From: Vicugna vicugna
Lineage: Eukaryota
Direction of reading: 5' to 3'
Length of the DNA: 64,000 bases
Assembly (NCBI GenBank): GCA_013265495.1
Contig: MU058463.1
Location: forward strand, 3,455,037 to 3,519,036
Shown: piece by piece, positions 27,593-42,527 of the stretch
How positions within the stretch are numbered: position 1 is the stretch's first letter
Layout: each line of letters begins with the position of its first letter
Translations under genes and position numbers: made by a program
Notes under the pieces: generated by a model
What the model was told of the DNA's origin: nothing
The model's database searches: none
Seen by the model: the letters and a program-made list of their open reading frames with translations, nothing else

Positions 27593-29065
27593 CATCACCT
27601 ATTAAAAAATACTCTCTGAAATAATTTTAAGACAACTATTCATTCAGCCTTAAACTTTCTCTTGTTCAGGAGAAATAATTCAGCTCCCTGAAAACTTCAA
27701 AGGTTTTTTTTTTTCCTCTAAAAAAACTGCTTAATTTTGTAATTCTTTCCTGAATGGATTTAATGCTTTTCTTCAATTCATTTACTCTAGTCAGGAAGAG
27801 AGCAATGAGAAGCAATATTCCAGTGATGTAGATTTTTTTCTTTTCTCAAGCCTCGAGCCTACTCTGAACCCAGTGTTCTAGGGAAACACCATGTCTTACT
27901 TATCATAAATAGAGTGACATGACTCTAACTCAGACCACCAGCATGAGCAAGTAGATTTTCTTTAATGGAAAAGGAGGTGATTGATAGTATAGTGAAATTT
28001 GATTGATGTTTCAATTTTCTTCTGTAAAACAATTGTTTGCCTACTTACCCAGCCAGATATCTTAACAAACATGTCCTCTGTCTAACAAAACATTTAAAGT
28101 TTGCCTTCACCAAGAATATAATAATCAAGAAATCATCTTAGAGAAAAGTGGCAGGTTGTTTGTCTCCAGGACTATGGCTTGAGAGAGTATTTTTTGAAGG
28201 TCAACTTTAAGTTTTCGATCTATTGTAAACCCACATCAATAGGTTAAGGCACAACAAATAGAATAATAAATTCAGGTAAGCTCCAGTGCATTCTCCCCAA
28301 ATTATAGGCTATTTAGCTCACAAAAGCAGTTTGGAATAAATAAATGAGGCTGGTGTCAATTCAAAAAACCCACCATTGTGTTCCCTGTAGCACAATCCAC
28401 CACTTAGGAACAATAAGGGAAACAACACGATTTTCTTCCCCTTAATGTTCACCACAAATGGCAAAATCTCTTTAAAATACTTCCATGCAATTATCTAGCT
28501 TGAACCTTAACTTTACTACTTAGGAGAAGAGTTATGGTCAGTCAAAAGAATTTCTAGTGTATCTTTTTCTAAATACTGTGTTTCCTACCAAATCGACTGT
28601 GCCATAAGCAGGGAAAAGAAGTAAGACCACATGGAATATGAAATCAAAAGGGAGAAACAAGATCAGGATACTACAGGTTGTTCCTCCTGTTCCAAGACTG
28701 GTAATAAATAGGTGGTGTGCAAAGGGAGCTGATAAAAAGTGGATGGGAAGAGACATGTCCCTTCCATCCTCTGTGTATGTAATAGCTGGCCTCATGCAGC
28801 TATTAACAACCACTTACAGCCAGGATCTGCACGTATTCATGCCTTTAAAGTTGTGGTCCTTGCAAAGTTGAGCCAAGAGAGCAGTTTTTCTAACCACTTA
28901 CCTCACCCTGCTTTTACCCCACCACATACATGCACACACAGACACAAACACATGAGCATTCGCATACAGATTCTCCATCTCCAGCTCCACAAAGCATTTT
29001 GGGGAATACTACAGGCACTTCTACCCTACCTCTTTGAGCTGAGTTGTATAGAAAATCTCTCAACC

Positions 29066-29267
29066 TTTTTTTATTTTATTGAAGTATAGTTGATTTACAA
29101 TGTTGTATATTCTCTGGTGTAGAGCATGGTGATTCAGTTATACATATATATTCTTTTTCATATTCTTTTTCATTATAGGCTTTTACAAGATATTGAATAT
29201 AGTCCCCTGTGCTAGACAGTAGGACCTTGCTGTTTATCTATTTTATATATAGTAGTATGTATCTGCC
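29066..29267 (-). mobile_element. 5'-truncated cetartiodactyl-type L1 3' end
   Basis: T-tract then attgaagtatagttgatttacaatgttg...gattcagttatacatatat...tacaagatattgaatatagtcccctgtgcta...gtaggaccttg. Confidence 0.85.
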
Positions 29268-29969
29268 AAACTTTTATGGCACAATTTCTCCCTTACAAAA
29301 TGCTCTGGATTATTAGTAGCATTACATGCTTTGAATTTTATGTAAAATTTTATTAATAAGCTATTTTGAGTTTATGAAATTTATATAAAATATCCTGAAT
29401 AAGTTTCTTGAGCTACTTTAATACCGAGTGGCAAAATCTATACAGTGCATCAATAAAAAACTTTTCCTAGAATTGAAAAGCTATATGCTGATAGATTCCT
29501 AGTTGCTAAGTGAGAATTTTACAAGTGATACAGTCAGTGATTTCCTTACTGCAGATTCCCAGGGATCTGTAATGATGCTACCCAAGAGAAAGAGAGAAGT
29601 AGCCACCAAAAGAAAGCAAAGCTGTAGGAGCTTGGCTTCTCACCCCATTTCAAATGGAGCAAATAAGCAAATCCTTCTATTTCTGATTAATACATTGGGC
29701 TTAGAAGTAAAATAGTTCTTCAACTAAAAAAAATGTATAAAACCCTCTGATTATATTTTATCATTCTTATTCTATGGATAAGGTAACCATGTCCCAGAAC
29801 CTGCTCAAGGTCCAATAATTAATGATCTAATATGAATAATAACCCATATTCTGACTCCTCATCCAAATTTCACTTCCTTATGTCAACTTCCTTCCCCATA
29901 AACAAATCTATTTTGAAACACAAATAACCTGGGCTAGGTCTGCCATCTCTCACTTCAAAGTATTTTAGC

Positions 29970-30847
29970 TATGTGCTGCCAATTAACCAAGGACATCAGG
30001 GCAAAAGCAAGCAATTCTGAGGTATTTATCACCACAGAATCATTTGCCAAAGATGAAGCTTGACGTAAGCACTCACTTTTCCTCTATCATATGACCTTTT
30101 CATGACCTTCTATTTAGACCCAGGGAATCAGTATGGAAATGTCCCTCATCTGTCTGGGACCATGAAAGGAAAGAACACAGATACAATCCTATTTCCTGGA
30201 TCCCTGAATCATAATAAAGGGACCAAATGGCTCCCCTTGAGGTTGGGGAACAAGCTCCGAGATAGAAAGCAATATTCTCGTAGAACAGAAGAGACTCCTG
30301 GAGGAAAAATATATTGCAAACACACTATCAAACCAACTGTATGGCTGTGAGACTAATGGACGCCACCTGGGGCCCACTCAGTTCCTCCTCCCTTTTGCTG
30401 ACCCTACCTGGCACTATACTGCATAGTAAATCTCTACTCTGTCATCAAGGGCTTTGTAGTTAATAGATATAGTTTAATAATCATTAGGTCCAGGTGGCCT
30501 CTGTGCTCTGTTACCCTCCAAACAATGATGAAGACTTTCACTGATGTATTCCTGGCACACACAAGACAAGTTACCCATTCATAACTCTTGACTAAGGAAT
30601 GCACTTCCTGTTCCCATGCACGTACCCCTATACCCTAAGGTTAACTATAAAATTGTCCCAATGGCCCCTCAGCAGTGCTGAGTGCAGCTGCTTCCAGGTC
30701 ATAATCTGCCTGATCCTACCCTGTGAATACATTACCCATAATAAACTGAACCATTACTTATATGGAGCTACCTGCCTTATTCTCAGTCTCAAGATACCTT
30801 CTCAATTTATGGGTACTTTTCATTCTCTCCATCCTCCAACACCAACA
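29970..30847 (+). mobile_element. Solo LTR-like element (family not determined)
   Basis: TATAAAA at about 30646, AATAAA at about 30741, ends ...accaaca, LTR-like composition. 5' boundary uncertain. Confidence 0.5.
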
Positions 30848-30854
30848 CTAAGAA

Positions 30855-31565
30855 GATGTTCACGCACATCCACTAGAATGGCTATAATCAAAAAGACTCA
30901 CAATAATAAGTATTGGTGAAGATGTGGAGAAATTAAAACTCCTGGGAATGTAAAATGGTGCAGTCACTTTGGAAAATCGTTTGGCTGTTTCTTTAAAAGC
31001 TGTTTGTAAATGTATCATATGATCAAGTAATTCCACTCCTAATTATCGACCCAAGAGAAATGAATACAGATTTCCACATAAAGAGTTGCATGCAACATTC
31101 CTAGCAGCCTTGTTCATTATATCCCCACACTGGACACAACCCAAATGGTCAACAGCTGGTGAGTGAATAAGTAAAATGTGGTATGTCCATACAATGGAAT
31201 TCTATTCATCAATAAGATACATCATGGACAGACCTCAAAAACATTATGCTAAGTCAAAGCTAGATACAAAACCCAGATCTAAAGACCACTTACTATATAA
31301 TTCCATTTATAGAAATGTCCAGAAAAGGCAAATCTATACAGACATAAAGTAGATTAGTGGTTGTTGAGGACTGGGTTTGGGAAAAGAGATGGATGGCAGA
31401 TGGACTCAGGAATCTTTCTGGGGTAATGGGAATGTTCAAAAAATACATTGTGGCAGTGGTTACAAAATTCTGTATATTTGATTATAAATCATTAAATGGT
31501 ATACTTAAATCAGATAAATTTTATGGCATTTAAATTATATCTCAGTAAAGATTTTTTTTTTAAAG
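30855..31565 (+). mobile_element. L1MB-like 3' region
   Basis: ccactagaatggctataatcaaaaagac...caataataagtattggtgaagatgtggagaaatt...gtccatacaatggaat...ggcaaatctatacagacataaagtagattagtggttg...aaattatatctcagtaaag. Confidence 0.85.
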
Positions 31566-31861
31566 AAGCAGCAGATATTCATGGGGAATTAGTAAAATTT
31601 GTAGAGAAATATAGACTTCAGAAACTCACACAGAATTTTCAAACCAGAATCTGAATTAATTACCTCATTTTCTCCTTACTATGCACCTTGCAGAACAGTT
31701 GTGCAGAAGTGGGAATTTGATCCTCAGAAATCATCTGCCTATTCTGAAGCTTCCTTTAATAGTAACACATCATCTCGCACACCTGCTATACACTGTAAGC
31801 ACAATGCTGGGCATGGATGTAATATAGTTTGTTTCTTGGTTTTTTAAATTGGTTTGTTTTT

Positions 31862-31940
31862 GGGTTTTTTTTTTAATTGAAGTATAGTTGATTTACAATG
31901 CTGTGTTAGTTGCTGGTGTGCAGCATAGTGACTCAGTTAT
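31862..31940 (-). mobile_element. Very short L1 3' end (same type as 29066-29267)
   Basis: T-tract then aattgaagtatagttgatttacaatgctgtgttagttgctggtgtgcagcatagtgactcagttat. Confidence 0.8.
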
Positions 31941-31949
31941 CTTGACCTA

Positions 31950-32348
31950 GTTTGAGATTCTGACTAGAGGCTGATCAGTTCTCCTTGTTGAAGAGCTGAT
32001 TAAGTGCATGGTCCAACCGCTTCCCTTTCAGGCTCTCACACTCTGAGCTAATCACCCCAGGGCCGAGTACCCAACAACCAGAAACAGCTCCTCTATTCTA
32101 GACCTGAAACTATTCAAATTAGCAAACTCACAGGGAGCCCAGAAACTGAGATAATCCCATTCCTCTGCCCTAATAAGTTGCCCCCTTCAGCTCCAGCTAG
32201 CTGTTACCCTGTCCCGGGCTGCAATGCCTTTGATAGCCCGGCCCAACATGCTTCTCTCCTTTGGAGCTATAGGTAACAAAGAGTTCTGCCTTATTCTAGT
32301 CAAGTGTCAATGCATTCCATCAAAAGAATCTTTAAATCTTATAAAACA
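31950..32348 (+). mobile_element. LTR-like fragment (family not determined)
   Basis: ctgaaactattcaaattagc...gagctataggtaacaaagagttctgcctt...aatctttaaatcttataaaaca resembles an old LTR 3' part. Confidence 0.4.
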
Positions 32349-34439
32349 ACAGAGCAGATGCTTGATGATTACGAGGGAAGGAGAGATTCATACAGAACTG
32401 TGTATCAGTGGGACTTTCAGGTACACCTTTCCAAAAACTTCTCATTTGCTAAGCACTTCATAAAGTCAGTCTAACTGGTCTGGAAGTATCTGCCCTTGGT
32501 TTTCCCTGGAAATTTCCAATGTTAATGTATCTAGTATTTTTTCATTGTTTATTCTCAAACAGAAGGACAATCACAAAACTGATTTTTGACAAAGAGCCTA
32601 ACAATGTGTTGCTTTAAAATATATATATACAGTGACTACATTCCCAGGATTTTCATTACATCCTGGGAGACCTTTGAGAGAATGAGAAATCACTGATACT
32701 GAAACAGCTTAATTCCTCTCTCGTACAACTGGGAAAACACAGCATTTTCATGCTTATAAAACTTAACTGAGTTATAGACTTAAAAACTGACAAACATCAT
32801 TGACGTCAGGACTGAATGGTGCATCTGCTATTTAGAGGGACTTTGGATAATTTAAAATATTCCTCATCTTGCTTCCTTCTTTTTTTCCAAAGAGCTGAAT
32901 GTTATGGTTACAGGGTACTGGTTGAGCAAGTAGCATTTAGTGTTTCCAGATTTTCTTTGGTAAACTCTTACATGCAAAAAATCAGCAGTGTGACGTACTT
33001 TAATGAAGAGGAATGCGTTGTTTATTCTCTTTTCAAGTTAGCCTGGGAGATAACATCACTCTCCTCTTCCAGAAGGCTGGCTCTTCAGAGTGCTCGCTGT
33101 TGCAGGAGATGAAACAGACACAGAATATACCCAGTAAGATGTCTATCAGGAAGTGGCCTCATCCTCCACCCATCATTCCTTCCAGTTTCCTCTAGTTGAC
33201 TTGGAGCTGTTCTTCACTACTTTCAGACTAGCTTTTCCAACATTCACATAGACTCCAGGAGATGTGGGTTGAGACTGGTTGTAACAACAGCTTTCAAATA
33301 TCAAAGGACCCAGTGGAAGAAGTTAAAGATGTAAAAAACCCATGGAAATGAGAATTCAATTTACAGAGATTTATTTCCTCCACTAGATAAAATCCATTTG
33401 TGCTGCCATAGGCAAGAATCATTTGCATTGCTATGAATCTCTGAAGACCCATTTAAGTCGTCAAATAAAAGTATCTGAGAGAAAAGTGCCTATGGAGATA
33501 ACTTGAGAAATAAAACAAAGCCCCTGAATCCTAAAATATCCCCTTTACTAGTCTGCCAAGTGCTGTAGATTTTTATGCTGTGTGTTAGACTTTGGGTATG
33601 GTTATTTTCTCCAGATTTTCCTTGCAATAAGACACCACTGTCAGAAAGTATATAATAATTAGCATAAGTAGGTTTATTGAATTTCCTTATAACAGAGAGC
33701 AGATTTTGAAAGAATGTGGCCCCGCCCAAACTGGTTACCCTAAAAACTTCTGTGAGGACAGTAAACATCAAAAGGCCCTATTCCTGTTTAAACTCATCTA
33801 TCTGTACAAACACTAGAAAGCTCTAGTCAACTTGGTCAACTAGAGTCAAAAGTCTGGTATAGCCCAGCCATGCCATGCCACGGACCTGAAAAAGTCATGG
33901 ATATTCTACTTACATCAGCTTCATTTCCACATGAGATTTGAGGAAGCCCACAACAAAGAAAGTAAGTTACAGAAGTTGATACTTCAGAAGTAAAAATATG
34001 TCAAACATCCAAAAAAGACAAGCAAAAAATAAATCCAGATCTATATCTTTTCTACAAATGGGTATAATAATTGGTTATGAGGAAGCCAAAATATCTTTTT
34101 TCAGTATCAGGAAACAAAAAAGATTTTATCAAGACAGAGAAAGTTTTCAAGGCTCCTGTTTCATATGGAACATACTTAGGAAACATTGACTAACATAGGC
34201 AACAAATCCTAAACAATCTAAAAAAAAGTACAAAATGGGGGCTTATATGATGACTTCATGTACAGATCCTTAAGATTATGACTCTCCAATGTATGTAAAA
34301 GAACAGTTCCTACCAAGACCTCCCAACATTCTACATGAAAAGAAACAGGATATCTATCCACATATACTCCTCCACCCCTAGAAAAGATAAGTGTATAAAA
34401 TCACATGGACATTTTTAAAAATAATAGAATCTGCAAAGA

Positions 34440-34530
34440 AAAATACATAAATATGTATATGTATAACTGAATTGCTTTACTGTACACGTGAAACTAATAT
34501 TGTAAATCAACTACACTTAGGTAAAAAATT
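34440..34530 (+). mobile_element. Short L1 3' end
   Basis: tatatgtataactgaattgctttactgtacacgtgaaactaatattgtaaatcaactacactt followed by an A-tract. Confidence 0.75.
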
Positions 34531-36834
34531 TTTAAATTATACTTTGCAAAAACAAAACATTTTGAAGTGTTTTGATGAACTCCAAATTCTACATGAGCCC
34601 ACTTTTACAACATCATGGCTTTAAGTTCACCCTTCACCCAGCAATTAATGGAAATATATCAATTTGGTCTATGCAATGACAAATGTCAGTGTCATTGATC
34701 TAAGAATTCATATTCCATTACTCAGCATGATTCATCGGTCACAGAAGCCTCATTCAAAGACACAAAGTTGTAGTCTGCATCAAATATAAAACAGGAGAAG
34801 AATGTCAGAGGAAGCTGATGACAGGCTCTGTAGCAGTGACTCAGCAAGCAATGTCCTGTAAATTAGGTAAAACAGAAGTTGTCTTGTAACCGCCCCTTCA
34901 CTGTAAAATGATTTTTATCTTTTTCCTATCAAGTTTCAGTATATTCTCACTTGGGATGAAATTATTAGTTATGTGTTTCCTATTAGGAGACCCACACTTT
35001 AGCTTTAGGCTACAGAAGTTCATATTTTGTCTAGCCACCGTAAGTATACTTGAGCCAAAATTATTTACCTGTTTCACTTCAGACATTCATTGCAATCCCC
35101 TGTTATAACAGGATATCATTCAGATTCTTTTGAGTCAAACAGAAAACTTAAGGAAAAAAATCAGAATTTATCTCCATGTTATTTTGTAGACTTTAATTTT
35201 CTTTCCATTCAATTTTAGAAAAACTATAAAACTTTAATCCCTCTTATATAACTATTTCACCCAAAAAAAAGGTTTTTAACCTATTCATGACCAGATTCTA
35301 CTGCAAATATAAGGAGAAAAATGCAACCTGAATACTTCTATATGTATCTTCAATATGTGTACATATATATGTATTCTATATGTATATTATAATATTCACA
35401 TAATTCATATACTGATACCGTGGGCAACTAAAAACTGGTTTGAATAACAGGGCTCAGAAGAGACACACGAATCCTGTGGGCAGCCTCCTGCTACATCAAT
35501 GTTTTTAAAAGACTGTATCAAGCATGAGTTCAAGTGCTTGAGAAGTGCAAATCTCTGATGAAAACTGGCTCCACCTGCAAGCCCCACATCTACCCAAACA
35601 CAGCAGGAACAAGATCTTCCTGCAGGTTCCAACAAAAGGGTTAAATTTGGCATCCACTCAATATGGCTCTCCATCAGTCTACACAGAATACCTACTATAC
35701 CAAACTAAGTGAAATTCAATTCCATCAAGTATCTGATAAAAGTTCCAAATATGTGAGAGTTGAGAGAGAATATAAGAGATGGCTAATTCTGGCATCACTT
35801 GGTCCATCAAGTTCTTCCCTAAGCCCTCTTGACTTGGACACTAACACTTGTTGCCTACTCACTATTGACTCTCTTTCGTTTGGTTCTAGGGTCCCCTCTG
35901 AGTTCCCAGGCATCCAGTCCCACTGGGATGCACCACAGACACTTAATCCCTCTTCTCAATGATGATTAAGAGAGAACATCACTTCCCACAAATTCCAATC
36001 TAATTTTAACTTTTTCCTAGTTCTCTCCCTTGGGCATGCACATTCTCACACACACACACACACACTTTTTCCTTCAAGTTATTCACGCTGAGGTTATGAA
36101 GAGGTGTAGATAATTTCAGAAAGACCATCTTTCAGGATTAACCCCACCTGCTGCTTCTCGTAGCTGCTCTGGGCAGCAGGTCACCAGCTCTGTCCTTGCA
36201 GTCAGCATCTGGGCTTGGTGGGTTCTTCCTTCTCCCAGCTGTTCGTAGGAAAACAGAGCTTCAGCAGCTGTCTCCCTGCAGCACATCTTGCCAACATGCA
36301 GGCTTGTGTGTGAGCTCAGCTTGTTCATCTGTCTCTTGAGTTGACTCCTCAAGTAACAAATCAATATCACCATTCACTGGGAGCTCACAATACAGTATAC
36401 TATTCCAGTAGGAATTACAGTGGTGCCCAACTCTTTCAGAGAAAGGAACTATTTTAAGATGCAATTGATCCTAGAGTTCTGCTACATCATCACACTTTCC
36501 GAAATTTCCAGGAAAATTCCACTGAAGCAGAGAGGAGACGATGTGTGACCTCTGAGGTTCTGAGACTTAACATGAAGTTGCACAGATTTATGAAATTTTG
36601 CAAGCACAAATTACTCATATTTTAGCCTAAATATCTGTGGGATTTTTGAAATTTATTTCAAAATATATTTATTTGTTTGTTTGAATAAAATTGTCTCTCT
36701 CTCTAGTCCAACAGTTCAATCCTTTAGTAAAATTGACACTCCAGTAGTAGATGCTCTTGCCTACCTGGGAAACTGCATTTCACTCCAGGGATGATGATGA
36801 TGATGGTAGTGACAATAAAGACATCTATGGTGAC

Positions 36835-37010
36835 CACAAAATAGCTAGTTTTTACTGAATGACTACTATGTGTCAGGAATTGTACTATGCTCCTGAGCAA
36901 GTACCATTTCACTTAATTCTTACAACAACCTTACCAGTTAGTACAATTATTAACCTCACTTTATGGATGAATTAAATAAGGCACAAAGGAGTTAAATAAC
37001 TTACCACTTA
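36835..37010 (-). mobile_element. MIR SINE fragment
   Basis: actatgtgtcagg...tttcacttaattcttacaacaacctt...attattaacctcactttatggatga...aaggcacaaaggagttaaataactt. Confidence 0.75.
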
Positions 37011-38479
37011 CAAACTTTTAGCTAGAATATTGAAGACTCACAGTATGAATCCCCGTGATGGCAGAAATTATAATTTCTTTCTCTTATTCTTAATTAAAGA
37101 AAAGGGACTAAGTTTCCTACCATGAATCCCAGTGAGGCTAGATGCCTATAAATTCAAGGAGGACATGATCCGATTAACAGAGATGAGCCAACAGTAACTA
37201 GGCGACCGGAATGTTACCAAAAGGGCTGCTTATGGGCAGAACTGGAGGAACTTGATAATGTCAAAATAAATTTGTCCTTTAGATTCTTCCTTAAATCAGA
37301 TACTTTAAACATTTATCAACTGCTGATTGGAAGCTCTTTCATGACTGAATTATTCTTCTGGTACCTATAGATCAGATACTCTGTATTGGCTACAAGACCC
37401 GTATGCTCCAGGGCATGTGTGCTGCAGAAAGGCTTAGTGTCACACTTCTGGTGGCCACTCAGCTCTCTTTTATTTAGGTCTTAAGGCAGAACTCAGATCT
37501 TTACCTCTCAAGCCACAGAGGTAGCCTTTTCCCTTAAAGCTGCTTTCTCAGATTTCATCAGGATGTCCCCCAGGTGAGCAGCTTCAATTAACTAAGGAAT
37601 TTGGCCAAAGCTGAGACAGATCTTTATATTCTCTTTTCACAGGAGTCTGGGTTACTTATACAGATCAGGTGTCAGGAATATTCTTGGCCACTCAGTGATT
37701 TCCCAGGGCAGAGATGCAAACTAATTCTAATGAGGTAACTGGGTTAAACCTAAATTAGGTTAGTAATAAAAGATCTTGTTTGATCTGCTTCTTGTTTCTT
37801 ACCTTACACAGACCCATTTTAAGGATATATCTACTGCATCCATGGCAGGCCTCTATAAGAAGCATTCATCTGAGTGGCATGCCAATGTCTCCTGCAGGCT
37901 TTGGTTGAAGCCATAAATCCCTATGCGAGACCTTGCAGGAGGGGCCATCCTGGAAAATTCAGCCTTAAAGTTTATTCCAGAAGTATGTCATTTCTAAAGA
38001 AGAGTGTAATATACTTCATCCATAAAATGGAAGCCATGTAGCATTTTTCTCTTTGAATTTGTTGCCAGGAACCACTCGATTCATGTTTGAATGAGGTGAG
38101 AAGTTTATTTCAGGTGCTTAACTGCATCTACCCAAATACTGCTGTTTGCTTCCGCAGTTCTCAAGCCTAGCTGCTTACTAGAATCTTCTGTTTCAAAAAA
38201 TACCTGATGTCTGGGACAGATCTAAGGGTCAAGGCTGAGTGAGTACTGAAATATTTTAAGTGCTCTTTGAAATGATTTAAATGTAGATGGGGAGTTGAGA
38301 GTCATTTCTATGGATGCTCTAAATTTGTTGGGTTTTTTGGTTTGTTTTAATTCCAGTTACACATCTTATTTGTAAACTAACTTATTTATCCTAACTCAAG
38401 TTCTTTCAAAAGAAAAGAATCAGCATACATAAATACATAAACCATCGGTCTTACGACACTGAACAGGTCTACATCTAAC

Positions 38480-38650
38480 CAGTCTTTCTCAATCTTGGCT
38501 GTCCATCAGTATCACCTGGGAGACGTTAAAAATCCTGATGCCCGGATCATACACCAAATCAACTAAACCATAATCTCTGAGGATTATACTGAGGTACTGA
38601 TCATTTTTAGAGTTCGTCGGGCGATTCCACTGTGCACCAAGGCTGAAAAT
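38480..38650. mobile_element. MER5A-like hAT MITE
   Basis: cagtctttctcaatcttggctg...catcagtatcacctgggagacgttaaaaatcctgatgcccgg...gtgcaccaaggctgaaaa. A second degenerate copy lies at about 38155-38305. Confidence 0.7.
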
Positions 38651-39349
38651 AACAGACCCATACTCTCTCTTCACCCTTATTGGATCTTAAAATATGCATT
38701 GTTCATGGACAAAATTATTAAACTAGTCCAATCTAAGTTCTTTGTGGCTTTCTTCTCCCCTGTCTAGCATCTGTGTCATGGTTTTTGACACTTCAAGTCT
38801 GCCCCAGGGGCACTAACCCACCTCATCCTGAGTCTCCTACCTTCTCACTATGTTCCAAACATGTAGAAACTGCATTCCTCCAGTTTATCAAGGTCTGACT
38901 AGCTAAGTGCACGGACATCCTCCCAGAGAAACCCTGTTTGTTCTAATAAATAAAAAATGACAATACACTCCATCCTCCTTCTCTTTTCAATTTTGTTTTC
39001 TTTTTTCCACATTTGTAGTCCCTCCCGATACCTTCTGGGAGAGGTTCTTGGACAGCTCTTCTAGCTTCCAAAGTTTTAATTGGCTAATCAATTTTGCTAT
39101 TTAATTCATCTCTTGACTTCTTCATCAATTGTTTACTCAAACCTTCCAATTTCCTTATAGCTGAATATCAAACTTCATATTAAGAATTATCAATATGTTC
39201 TGACATTCTAAAACTAGTATTGACCAATTGCATAAGATTTCTTTCAAATTTCTAACCACTGCAAAACAACTACCTTGAACAACGAACTGCTCTTCAAACC
39301 ATCCCATCTCACTATGTAGAGAGTTGCTGTTGCCTTTACAGAAAGGGAG

Positions 39350-39620
39350 CACAGATTAGTGTTTGTCTGGGAATAAGAAAGAGGTGGGAGCAAGAGGAAA
39401 GTGGATGTGGCTATAAAAGGGCAACATGAGGGATATTTTTGGTGATTGAAATGTTCTGGATCTTGACTGGATCCTCGTCAGTATCCAGTTATAATATTGT
39501 ATTGCAGTTTTGTAAGATGTTACCATCGAGGGAAATTGAGTAAAGGGTACAGTGGTTCTGTATGATTTTTCACAAATGCATGTAAGTCTATAATTATCTC
39601 AAAATGAAAAGTTTTTAAAA
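39350..39620 (+). mobile_element. L1MC/L1MD-like 3' end
   Basis: gtggctataaaagggcaacatgagggat...ttgtaagatgttaccatcgagggaaattgagtaaagggtaca...gcatgtaagtctataattatctcaaaatgaaaagttt. Confidence 0.8.
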
Positions 39621-42527
39621 ATCAGTTTTCAAATCTCTACATGGACTAACACGAGGTTACCCCTGCCTCTCCTGGGTTTCTCTTCTCCTTCACTCTCTAC
39701 ACATGCAATGCTCCATTCTGTCTCAAGGAAATTGTCCATATTCTCTCTGTTCTAAATGGGGGCACAAAGGAAGTGCCCTCCCCACTCTCATGCATCATTC
39801 GGCTCTCCCTTTCAGTGTCGTTTACTACGCAAGGAAGTAGGCCATTTCCCCATGCCAAGTGCAGCTAAGCCAGAAGGACTGCCAGCATCAATAACACTGG
39901 GACCGGAGCTCTCCTTCCCAAGACAACACAGGGCCTGGTTTGAGGTTCAGAATGTCAGTCTAGGCCTGTTTCTTACCCTCTCCAGGCCCCTTCCCTCCCC
40001 AAGTGAAATCAGACTACAATTAATACCAGGTAATTTTGTAGCTCTATGAGGTAATAGATGTTAGTTAAACTTATGGTGGCAAGCATTTTGCAATAAAAAC
40101 ATACATCAAATCACTGTTGTACATCTTAAACTTACAGAGTTTACATGTTAATTACACATCAATAAACATCAGTTACATGTCAATTATGTATCAATAAACC
40201 TGGAAAAAATTTTAAAAATTAAAACCGGACTCTTGATGTATAGCATCTTTCTTTATTCATTAAAAATTATTTCTAAAGGATTTGCTCTCATATTTTAAAA
40301 GTGCTTTCTATATTTTCCTCTCTGTTACATACTCAAATGTTTCATATCTTCAACTTTTATTGTCTAAGTATGTTGACTATATCTTGTCACACGTGGAAAA
40401 CAAATATAAAGATATTAGGAAAATAAAGTATTAGCTTATTTTAGCAGAATCGGGTATTTAGTTTAAGCTCCCTATAGTAGATTTAGTTTGTGGGATAGGA
40501 AAAGGATTTTAACCCAAGGTTTGCATACTATACAGAAGATCTGTTGAAATTCAGAATAAAATAGGAAGGACCATCAAAATGGAATTTGAGATTAAAAAAT
40601 ACTGATTCTCTAATTAAATCTGCTTCCTGATCCTGAGTAGATATATAGCTATACCTGTTAGAACTTGCACAGTGAAGTCCAAAACTTCCTTGCATGACTG
40701 ATTAAATTGGAGATTTCATATTAATCTCAAGCTGTGTGCTTACCTTTCATTTGTTTCTTTTAATTTAAAATAATGGAAAATTAAGCAATTATTTTCTATA
40801 GTGTTTTGAGACAAGGAAGCATACATATCTGGCTTTATTTAGAGATTGGTAAGTTAAATGTTTTAATATAGCCACATATGAACTATATAATAAACAGATG
40901 TACACATTCAGCTCAATTAAACAGAAGAAGAGTAAACTATAAATCTTCAGATAAAAAATTACTCGGGATGAACTCATATGGATTAATTTAAGAGAACTGT
41001 CATTTAACATTAACTATTTCAGATGATGAATTCCAACACAACATGATTCCCCCCACAAAAAAGAAATATCAAAATGAAAATTAAAAAGGAAAATAATGTC
41101 CTATAGCAGAAGCCTGGGAAGAAAAGGAAAAACTCATCCATTTGCCTTGGTGACAGCATGGGCCCTATGGACTGATCGTGCATTTGACAAACTCAGCTAG
41201 TTTTAAACCATCTGCTAGGTGCATCAGTTTCTTTTTACCACGAGCTCCCTTCCTGGTCCACATCTCAGCACCCTGAGCTTTGGGTTAATCTGAAGTTCCG
41301 AGACCAAGATAATGATTATAAGATTTGCTGCCCCTGAATGCTATATGTGGCTCCCCTTCAGAGCCACTTACTTAGTTTTTATCCAACCTGACTGATGCGG
41401 GAACAAATGACCCCATTCTGAGGGGGCTGACACACAAGGTTATCAACACCGAGCCTGTGTTTTACAATTGTACCATTATACGTCTGACAGCGCAATATGG
41501 GTTTTTTAGGACATATTCCACTAATTTCTCTAGGTTGAGACTCAGCTCAAGCCCCCAGAAAGCTCATGATATACACCAGAAGCAGTAGACATCATCCCCA
41601 GGGTTATTTTATGTAGTTGTGTTTCTTAGCATCTGAAAGGTAGGAATTGGAAGCCATAAATGAGAATAATGGACATTAAAATATTAAACAAGCAACATAA
41701 CATGTGGTATATATTTGTGTTATTACATTTGTTCACCTTTTAAAATGTTTATTTTCCACACTTAAAAAAAAAAGAAAGTGAAGATCTGGGTTCTTACGCT
41801 ACTAACTTCAGAAAATAAGAGGAAAGGAATGAAAACTTTCAAGTCAAATTTTTTAAAGGGAAAAGAGAGACTACAAGCTAGAAACACCTGCTATGGAATT
41901 CCTGGCATGATGCTCAAAATAATGGCTGAAATTAGTTCACTGTTACCTCCTTCTCTAAGGATCACGAATCCCATTTCACTTCTCTGAGATATTTAATGCT
42001 GTTTTGATTTCTGCTCTTATACCAAAGCCATGTACATGATACTGAAATAGTCAGCTAATAATCTCAGTCAAATTCATCACTGGATTTGACAGAACTAGGT
42101 GAGGCATATTCACAACAATGATTTGCCAAAATACCGATTCTAAATTTACGGAAGCATTAATCACGTCACCTGCTAATGTTGATTAATGAGAAAACATGAA
42201 TTTAAAAATACGTAAATAAGCTTACTGTCTATAAAGATTTTTGCTGTGAGGAAGGTACAATAAAAATGACATATCTATTTTGGAAGCACCACAAATCACA
42301 GACAGACTACAAATTCCTTCCAAGGAAAATAACTAGCAAAGCAATTCTATCTAAAAACTGTCTTAGTTTCATCTTTAAGATTTTCTGGCACTTAATAAGT
42401 CCAAAATTTTATTGCTTCCATTTCTTTTAGCACTAAAATACTAAACAATAGTTTCTAAATTACCCTTTCCAGTAAATTTTGTTTATTTATATTCTGAGAC
42501 AATCAACAAATGACTGAAAAATTAAGT

